This document shows, piece by piece, positions 26,399 to 31,472 of a stretch of 31,472 nt of DNA. Position 1 is the first letter of the stretch, and each line of letters opens with the position of its first letter. A program made the translations under genes and the position numbers. The stretch lies in IMG/VR virus record IMGVR_UViG_3300047561_000293, positions 1 through 31,472 of that record; one strand, written 5' to 3'. The stretch comes from a virus (taxonomy: Duplodnaviria > Caudoviricetes). The notes beneath the pieces were generated by a model that saw only the letters and a program-made list of their open reading frames with translations, was not told the origin of the DNA and ran no database searches.

Positions 26399-26465
26399 TT
26401 TTGTTCCTTACTGGGCAATTTCTTCCCTGATTGCAATTCCCGTGGCAGGGAGGACACCGTTTCAT
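26391..26465 (-). CDS. 24-aa Cys-rich peptide nested in an alternative frame
   Basis: MKRCPPCHGNCNQGRNCPVRNKND, preceded by RBS gaggag. Confidence 0.45.
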   Translation of the reverse strand: MKRCPPCHGNCNQGRNCPVRNKND

Positions 26466-26613
26466 TTTTGCTCCTCATTCGTTTAATCATCTTATGGACG
26501 TTCTGGGGGGTGCAGCCCAGAACCCGTGCTATTTCATTCATGGACGGCAACCGGCCCAAGGATTTCTCAAGCCCACCGATTGCGTCCAATAATCGGATCT
26601 GAGCCATCCTCAT
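26395..26613 (-). CDS. Small HTH DNA-binding protein (LexA DNA-binding-domain-like)
   Basis: QIRLLDAI...GRLPSMNEIARVLGCTPQNVHKMIKRM. Confidence 0.65.
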   Translation of the reverse strand: MRMAQIRLLDAIGGLEKSLGRLPSMNEIARVLGCTPQNVHKMIKRMRSKNETVSSLPRELQSGKKLPSKEQK

Positions 26614-27371
26614 GCTGCTGCTTTCATTAGCGCATCAAGAGCGCCAATCCGTGCCGAGAAGGTCTGAAGGAACCTCGCACGCTCTACCATTGACAGCCGG
26701 CTCACTTCAGCGTCGTTAGCGGTACGCAGCAATTTGAGCTTGGCAATGCGATCTGCTGGCGGAATTTTGCCGGCTTTCATCACAGCGTCGGCCAGCGCGT
26801 TGAAATCAACAACCCATCCAGCTTCATCGGCGCTCATTGAACGTGGCTTGGCTTCGTTGGGCACTCGCAATGCCCAGGTGCCACCAGCACCATCCTCAAA
26901 CTCGATGACGTCTGGCGGCGGCTCGGTAGGCTTTGGCAGCGCTTTGGGTGCTACGGCATCCAATGGGTTTGCCGGCTTAACCTCGGGCCGTTGAGGAGGC
27001 TTTCTGCTGGCGGCATTGCCGTCATCATCCTCGGCAGCGATACCGCACGCAGCCATAAGCGAGTACCGGCGAGCGTAGGTCAATGCCGAGCCATACCCTT
27101 GCGGGTCGTGCTTGGCTGCTGGCACGTGGAGTTTGCCCATGCGCAGCGTCTCACCGGACTCATGCAAAAAACACGTTTCCACAGTTACGCCGTCTTGCAC
27201 ATCAAACGTCTCTTGGTAGACAGCAATACCGTTCTCAAGCAAGGCGTCATTGACGGCTTCCAAACAGCTCGCAAGGTCGACGTACTTGTTCTTAAAATGA
27301 GAGTTTGTGTTGGTCTTGAGCGCCGGTGCAAACGCACGTTTGGCTGCGACAAATGCTGCTGCGATTTTCAT
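26610..27371 (-). CDS. erf: ERF-family single-strand annealing protein with C-terminal extension
   Basis: NSHFKNKYVDL and PQGYGSALTYARRYSL...GIAAEDDDGN. Confidence 0.9.
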   Translation of the reverse strand: MKIAAAFVAAKRAFAPALKTNTNSHFKNKYVDLASCLEAVNDALLENGIAVYQETFDVQDGVTVETCFLHESGETLRMGKLHVPAAKHDPQGYGSALTYARRYSLMAACGIAAEDDDGNAASRKPPQRPEVKPANPLDAVAPKALPKPTEPPPDVIEFEDGAGGTWALRVPNEAKPRSMSADEAGWVVDFNALADAVMKAGKIPPADRIAKLKLLRTANDAEVSRLSMVERARFLQTFSARIGALDALMKAAA

Positions 27372-28324
27372 TTTGGTCCCTTAATGGTGACGGTCGATTG
27401 GCGCATTGAGTGCGCAGGCTTGGCGGGCACAACCTTTTCCGGCTGCGCCTGGTACTTGCGGATTGGCCAGGAGATACGGAACTCCTCAGCGTGCGCCAGC
27501 GTTGCGTTACCGAGCATTTCCTTCAGCTCGGTCTCGTCTTCGGTAATTCTGGTTTCCAGCGTCTTGATTTGCTCTTTTGCTTTAACGATCCGCTCAGCCA
27601 GCGTTGCTCCCCATTCACCGAGATCAACTGAGTCTAGATTGGCATCGCCTGGCCACTTGGTGCCGTACTCTGCCGGCGTTGCGGGGTCGTACCATTCGAC
27701 TTCACCAGTCTCGGACCAGTGCGTAATCTTGCTTTCAAAGTCACGGGCGGCGGATCGGATCAGCGCTTGCGTTTCCTCGTGAGGAGCAAAGAGAAATATC
27801 CGCAGCTCGGTGCCTTGATACAAGACGCAGACAGCTCCCCACTTGGCGCCGGTAATATCCATCTGAGCTTGGAGCTGGAGCGGACCACGGCTAAGCGCTG
27901 GGTAATCTTCGGGATACACCGAGGTGACTTTGGCCTCGAGCACGCCGACACCATCAAGCGTGATTGACTCGGCGCCAACAACGTAAACGCCAGCGTCTGG
28001 GTTATCTGTCACGACCAGGCCGTTGCCATCTCCCTGGCCGTCTAAGCTGCAAGCGATCGGCGCGTCAGGATGGAAGTAGGGCTTGGGATGGTCTAACACT
28101 AAGTGTGACAGACCCAGACGTGCGCTTGCCTCAAGCAGAAGCGGCACTTCAAGCAGATTGCCCCAGTGCATTGCCTCGTTGGTCTCAAAATGCTCTGGAG
28201 CGTCCTGTAGCGCGTTTATGACGCTCGTAAGAACACCATTGGGCGTTTCGTACTTTGAGTGTCCCAGCAGGGCTGGGACGCGGGATGCCGACAACATTGT
28301 GTTGGGGGTTACTTTGCCGACCAT
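27368..28324 (-). CDS. YqaJ-like (lambda-type) exonuclease
   Basis: SAS..PALLG.SKY, AMHWGNLLE, CSLDG, LEAK and QLQAQM; coupled to erf. Confidence 0.88.
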   Translation of the reverse strand: MVGKVTPNTMLSASRVPALLGHSKYETPNGVLTSVINALQDAPEHFETNEAMHWGNLLEVPLLLEASARLGLSHLVLDHPKPYFHPDAPIACSLDGQGDGNGLVVTDNPDAGVYVVGAESITLDGVGVLEAKVTSVYPEDYPALSRGPLQLQAQMDITGAKWGAVCVLYQGTELRIFLFAPHEETQALIRSAARDFESKITHWSETGEVEWYDPATPAEYGTKWPGDANLDSVDLGEWGATLAERIVKAKEQIKTLETRITEDETELKEMLGNATLAHAEEFRISWPIRKYQAQPEKVVPAKPAHSMRQSTVTIKGPK

Positions 28325-28428
28325 TACAGACCTCCAGAGAGTGCGAGAAACAAGCAGATTGCCGACATTGCGCCAACGGCAATTGACGCCAGGATGATTG
28401 TCAGATTGGAATCGTGTTCAGGTTTCAT
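28324..28428 (-). CDS. 34-aa single-transmembrane peptide (absent from the ORF track)
   Basis: MKPEHDSNLTIILASIAVGAMSAICLFLALSGGL; RBS gaggag; TAATG coupling to the exonuclease gene. Confidence 0.6.
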   Translation of the reverse strand: MKPEHDSNLTIILASIAVGAMSAICLFLALSGGL

Positions 28429-28588
28429 CGCTTGGCTCCTCAAAGGTTGGTTCTACGTAGCGGATCGTTACGAAGTTATCGTCGCTGTATTTCTCAAGCA
28501 CAATTTCGTTGAATTCGTCAGCGACCTTGTTTTTGATGGCAGCTAGCACGATGTCTAGCACTTCTTGCTGGTTCAGTATGATTTTCAT
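28418..28588 (-). CDS. Hypothetical acidic protein, 56 aa
   Basis: MKIILNQQEVLDIV...EEPSDET; RBS aaggag before ATG 28588. Confidence 0.7.
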   Translation of the reverse strand: MKIILNQQEVLDIVLAAIKNKVADEFNEIVLEKYSDDNFVTIRYVEPTFEEPSDET

Positions 28589-28603
28589 TTTGGCTCCTTG
28601 GGT

Positions 28604-28617
28604 GGGGCCGAAGCCCC
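28604..28617 (-). promoter_or_regulatory. cUUCGg tetraloop hairpin between the first two early genes
   Basis: The minus strand reads ggggc-ttcg-gcccc, intergenic, with no U tract following. Confidence 0.6.
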
Positions 28618-28625
28618 GTGGTTGT

Positions 28626-28880
28626 TTACAGGTTTGCGATGCGTTCTTTGGCGGTTTTGTAAGCCCAGGCCGTGGCTTCTTGTTGGCTTGAAAAGGTTTT
28701 GCTACGTTGTGATACGCCAAAGTCATTGAAGTCGCGACCGATCTTGCGACCGTTTTGGACCCAGGCTGCAAACTCGGTTCCGTTGTCGTTAAGGCCGACG
28801 ATGTAGCCAATCTCGCGTTGTTTGCTGTCAAACTTGCCAGATCCGAGCCACGTTTCAAGAGGGTTGTTCCAGTCGTTCAT
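28626..28880 (-). CDS. Hypothetical protein, first gene of the leftward early operon
   Basis: MNDWNNPLETW...; RBS aaggag before ATG 28880. Confidence 0.7.
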   Translation of the reverse strand: MNDWNNPLETWLGSGKFDSKQREIGYIVGLNDNGTEFAAWVQNGRKIGRDFNDFGVSQRSKTFSSQQEATAWAYKTAKERIANL

Positions 28881-28930
28881 CTTGGTTGCTCCTTGGTTTT
28901 GCGCCACGACGTGCAGCGCATGAGTGAAAC

Positions 28931-28960
28931 ATTATCACGGTTGACAACCCTCACAAAGCA
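28931..28960 (-). promoter_or_regulatory. Putative sigma70-type leftward early promoter
   Basis: The minus strand reads aaaaa-TGCTTT-N18-GATAAT about 50 bp before the first early gene, with A tracts upstream. Confidence 0.45.
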
Positions 28961-29079
28961 TTTTTCGAGCTTTTTTTCATCTTTCGCATTAGGGCAAACC
29001 CTACCTGCAAAACCCTAGAAATTTTCTCCACAAGCCCGTCGACTTCGTGCATCATCCGAAATTCGCACTCGGAGATCAG

Positions 29080-29502
29080 ATGTTTACCCTTCAATTTACG
29101 ATCCCAGGACCACCGGTCGGCAAGGGCAGACCAAGGTTCAGCACGCAAGGCGGCAAGCCCCGCAGCTACACACCGGCTGTTACTCGAGAATATGAAGCGC
29201 TCATCGCAGCTCGAGCAGCAGAAGCTATGAACGGTCATCCACCTTTGCAGACGCAGCTCACCGTCTATATCTACGCATCCATGAGCATTCCCCTGTCGTG
29301 GTCCAAGGCAAAGCGCAAGGCAGCGTTATGTGGCGACATTTACCCTGCCAGACCAGACGTCGACAACATTGCTAAGACGGTGCTGGACGGGATGAATGGC
29401 GTGGTTTACGCAGACGATGCCCAGGTTACTTATTTGAAAGTTACCAAGAAATATGCCGAGGAAGGCAGCGTGACAGTCTGGTTGTCGGAGAACCTGAAGT
29501 GA
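29080..29502 (+). CDS. rusA: RusA-family Holliday junction resolvase
   Basis: IPGPPVGKGRPRF, RPDVDNIAKTVLDGMNG and YADDAQV; RBS ggaga before ATG 29080. Confidence 0.9.
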   Translation: MFTLQFTIPGPPVGKGRPRFSTQGGKPRSYTPAVTREYEALIAARAAEAMNGHPPLQTQLTVYIYASMSIPLSWSKAKRKAALCGDIYPARPDVDNIAKTVLDGMNGVVYADDAQVTYLKVTKKYAEEGSVTVWLSENLK

Positions 29503-29666
29503 GTAAAAAGGCAAACGTCGAAGCCAAGAGACGACTTGAACGGATGCCCTACAGGGGGTTAGATTTAAATGGCAAACCCTTGCGAGATTATACAAAAGCT
29601 GAAAAGGAGATCGTAAAGGAAATCAAAAGAGAATACGAAAACAGCCTCAAAAACACCCCAGAGTAG
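29499..29666 (+). CDS. Hypothetical basic protein, 55 aa (absent from the ORF track)
   Basis: GTG start overlapping the rusA stop (GTGA); MSKKANVEAKRRLERMPYRGLDLNGKPLRDYTKAEKEIVKEIKREYENSLKNTPE; ends 2 bp before the first DnaA box. Confidence 0.55.
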   Translation: MSKKANVEAKRRLERMPYRGLDLNGKPLRDYTKAEKEIVKEIKREYENSLKNTPE

Positions 29667-29668
29667 CC

Positions 29669-29734
29669 TGTGGATAACTTGTGAATAACTACCCTAAGAT
29701 CTGTGGATAACCCTGTGAACAACCTTGTGGATAA
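29669..29734. promoter_or_regulatory. Cluster of five co-oriented DnaA boxes (putative origin of replication)
   Basis: TGTGGATAA at 29669, 29702 and 29726 (perfect TTATCCACA reverse complement); TGTGAATAA at 29680; TGTGAACAA at 29714. Confidence 0.85.
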
Positions 29735-29761
29735 CTTTTCTTCATATACGTGCGCGCGTAG

Positions 29762-29841
29762 AGATCTAAGACTAAGATCTAAGACTAAGATCTAAGACTT
29801 AGAGAGCTAAGACTAAGATCTAAGGAGAAGATCTATGACTA
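29762..29841. repeat. Tandem AGATCTAAGACTA 13-mer array (putative unwinding element or iterons)
   Basis: Units at 29762, 29775, 29788, 29801 (15 bp variant), 29816 and 29829. Confidence 0.9.
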
Positions 29842-30092
29842 AGATGGATGACTCTATATTTAATTTTACTAAAGAAATAAGAGGAGGTTTGAAAAAAATA
29901 AAAGGTGCAAAAATAAGTGGCAACTTGATCGACAAGCTAATTGCTCTGGACATGACGTCAGCGCAAATGCAAAAAGGAATCGAATCGGTTATTAGACGCC
30001 GAATTGATGCAAAGCAACCCGAGGTGGAAACAATGGAAGAGCTTTTATCCGAAGTTGTGACCGACCAAATCCTGAGAAACAATTTAAAGTGA
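29835..30092 (+). CDS. Hypothetical protein adjacent to the origin
   Basis: 85 aa, helical; RBS taaggag lies inside the 13-mer array. Confidence 0.65.
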   Translation: MTKMDDSIFNFTKEIRGGLKKIKGAKISGNLIDKLIALDMTSAQMQKGIESVIRRRIDAKQPEVETMEELLSEVVTDQILRNNLK

Positions 30093-30469
30093 ATCAAATG
30101 AACAAACCAACCGCAGCCAAAGGAACCTACGAGCAGAAACCTGGCAAGGGCGCTGCATTCCCGAATGACAAAAAGGTCGAGGACTGGCACGCCGATTACA
30201 AGGGCCGGATCTGCTTGCCAGACGGTTCGATGCACTGGCTGGACGTGACGATCAAAACCGCGGCTAGCGGGATGCAATACGCTGCTGTGACCATCGGAAA
30301 CGCTTGTGAATCCTCCACCGCGGTCGATCATGGCCCGAAAAGGCATCCAGACGGGCACCAGAACGGCTTTCAGAAGGCGGGTGAGGCTACCCTACCAGCC
30401 CGGATGAAAAACGCGCCACAGGGCCGCGCACCGAGTTTCGAGGAAAACGACGAATCTATCCCCTTCTGA
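30089..30469 (+). CDS. Putative ssDNA-binding protein with SSB-like acidic tail
   Basis: Short beta-rich domain (AFPNDKK...ADYKGRI...WLD), disordered linker, C-terminus ENDESIPF resembling the SSB DDDIPF tail. Confidence 0.6.
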   Translation: MNQMNKPTAAKGTYEQKPGKGAAFPNDKKVEDWHADYKGRICLPDGSMHWLDVTIKTAASGMQYAAVTIGNACESSTAVDHGPKRHPDGHQNGFQKAGEATLPARMKNAPQGRAPSFEENDESIPF

Positions 30470-30487
30470 TGTTTAAGGAGTAATAAA

Positions 30488-30778
30488 ATGGAAATTAAAT
30501 TAGATCCACTACAAGTCATTGCCAATCATGGATCAATGACGTCAAAGCAATGCGCCGAATACTTTCCCGGATTAAGCTCAAAAGATATTGATGCAAAGCT
30601 GCGTCAGGGCTTTCGGGTTGGGAGACTTGGACGGCGAATTGACGAGACTGACGGCGCCAGTCGCAAGCGATACGTTTATTTCGACGCCAATGGTCGTGCC
30701 AGCAATCGCGAGCCAGAGTATTGCGTCGTTCTCAGAACCCTTGGAAAACCCCTGGAGAGCGTTGATGGAATTTACTAA
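30488..30778 (+). CDS. Putative winged-helix DNA-binding protein
   Basis: LQVIANHGSMTSKQCAEYF...IDAKLRQGFRVGRL...YVY pattern; strong RBS taaggag. Confidence 0.55.
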   Translation: MEIKLDPLQVIANHGSMTSKQCAEYFPGLSSKDIDAKLRQGFRVGRLGRRIDETDGASRKRYVYFDANGRASNREPEYCVVLRTLGKPLESVDGIY

Positions 30779-31058
30779 TGGCCGATTTGTCTACCGTGGC
30801 GAAGACAATGAAAAGCTCCACCCAGACGTCCAGCCGGTATTCTTTCTGGGTGACTCAATGTTTGTGCCGCACTACGTGACGCCACATCTATGGGTTACGT
30901 TTGGCAACGCTAAACTCACGACCAAGAATTTGATTGAGCGCAACGCCAAGATCGGGACAACTTATTTATGGGTTCGACCTTGGGTTGAGAAGATTTTCAA
31001 TTCGGAGGATATTTTTAGCATGAAGGAATCACAATTGAAACAGGCGCTCATTGCATGA
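30765..31058 (+). CDS. Hypothetical protein
   Basis: ATG 30765 with RBS ggag; FVPHY motif; ATGA coupling to the next gene. Confidence 0.6.
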   Translation: MEFTNGRFVYRGEDNEKLHPDVQPVFFLGDSMFVPHYVTPHLWVTFGNAKLTTKNLIERNAKIGTTYLWVRPWVEKIFNSEDIFSMKESQLKQALIA

Positions 31059-31462
31059 CGCTACAAGTAGGAGAATCAATTACCAGCATTCAATTAAACG
31101 TCAGCGAATTGCAAAAACAATGTGCTGGATTCAAAGTGGAGCTGGACTGCGTTGTCAGTCTTGCAAAGCAGATCCAGGCTGACGCATCCGTTTTGATAGA
31201 CGAATGGGAAGGACAAGATGAAACCAGTAATCGACGAACAAACCAGCGACCTATTCTTGGAGGAATGGCTGTGCGACCTACTTGCGGATCCTGTCGATAT
31301 TTCAACGTACTTGGAGGAGATGGGACGGACGCCTGGATGGGTGAATGCCGACGCCGATCACCAGAGCTGTTGGTAGACATTGAGGGAAACCTATCACCTG
31401 CCTGGCCACCCGTGGACGAGATCCACTGGTGCGGCGAATACTCACCGGACAACTACTCATGA
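31055..31462 (+). CDS. Hypothetical protein with C-terminal four-Cys domain
   Basis: TCGSCRYF...GECRRRSP...WPPV....WCGEY; the stop overlaps the DUF3310 start across the circular join. Confidence 0.6.
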   Translation: MTLQVGESITSIQLNVSELQKQCAGFKVELDCVVSLAKQIQADASVLIDEWEGQDETSNRRTNQRPILGGMAVRPTCGSCRYFNVLGGDGTDAWMGECRRRSPELLVDIEGNLSPAWPPVDEIHWCGEYSPDNYS

Positions 31463-31472
31463 GCCACGATCC
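31346..31472. repeat. Terminal direct repeat, right copy (circular assembly overlap)
   Basis: Identical to 1-127. Confidence 0.95.

Noticed and set aside
26395-26613. HTH protein as a CI/LexA-type immunity repressor
   Set aside because: It has no peptidase domain and lies mid-way through the early operon, not at the divergent control region.
26991-27782. 263-aa plus-strand ORF and other long antisense ORFs (e.g. 3956..4576, 7152..7793, 17332..18030, 29813..30358)
   Set aside because: They are shadows of well-supported genes on the opposite strand, with no motifs or RBS.
29758-29830. DnaA-trio (3-nt periodic) unwinding element
   Set aside because: TAG/TAA triplets are present after the GC-rich spacer, but the period is 13, not 3, so a continuous trio run is not supported.
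29762-29841. 13-mer array as a CRISPR array or a coding repeat
   Set aside because: The units are contiguous with no unique spacers, there are no cas genes, and stop codons occur in all frames.
1-31472. tRNA genes, introns/inteins or stop-codon recoding
   Set aside because: No cloverleaf-like sequence was seen in the few intergenic gaps, core genes have normal lengths, and standard-code ORFs tile the genome.

Overview
The window is an apparently complete, circularly assembled tailed-phage genome of 31,345 bp. Bases 1-127 repeat exactly at 31346-31472, most likely an assembler overlap. The layout is P22-like podovirus. The rightward late region runs ParB-methyltransferase, TerS, TerL, portal, scaffold, coat, gp4- and gp10-like tail proteins, three ejection proteins, tailspike, second fibre, holin and GH108 endolysin, followed by a metallophosphoesterase. 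A leftward early operon carries a YqaJ exonuclease, an ERF annealase and small ORFs. A rightward middle operon carries RusA, an SSB-like protein and DUF3310. I recognise no integrase, CI repressor, replication initiator, helicase, primase or DNA polymerase. The most striking feature is a non-coding block at 29669-29841 built like a bacterial oriC: five co-oriented DnaA boxes, a GC-rich spacer, then tandem AGATCT 13-mers. This suggests a phage that uses host DnaA through an oriC mimic. A second candidate system is a DDxxD (isoprenoid-synthase-like) protein in the gene slot just before the ejection proteins, preceded by an RBS-occluding hairpin. All family names come from recognising motifs by eye, not from database searches.
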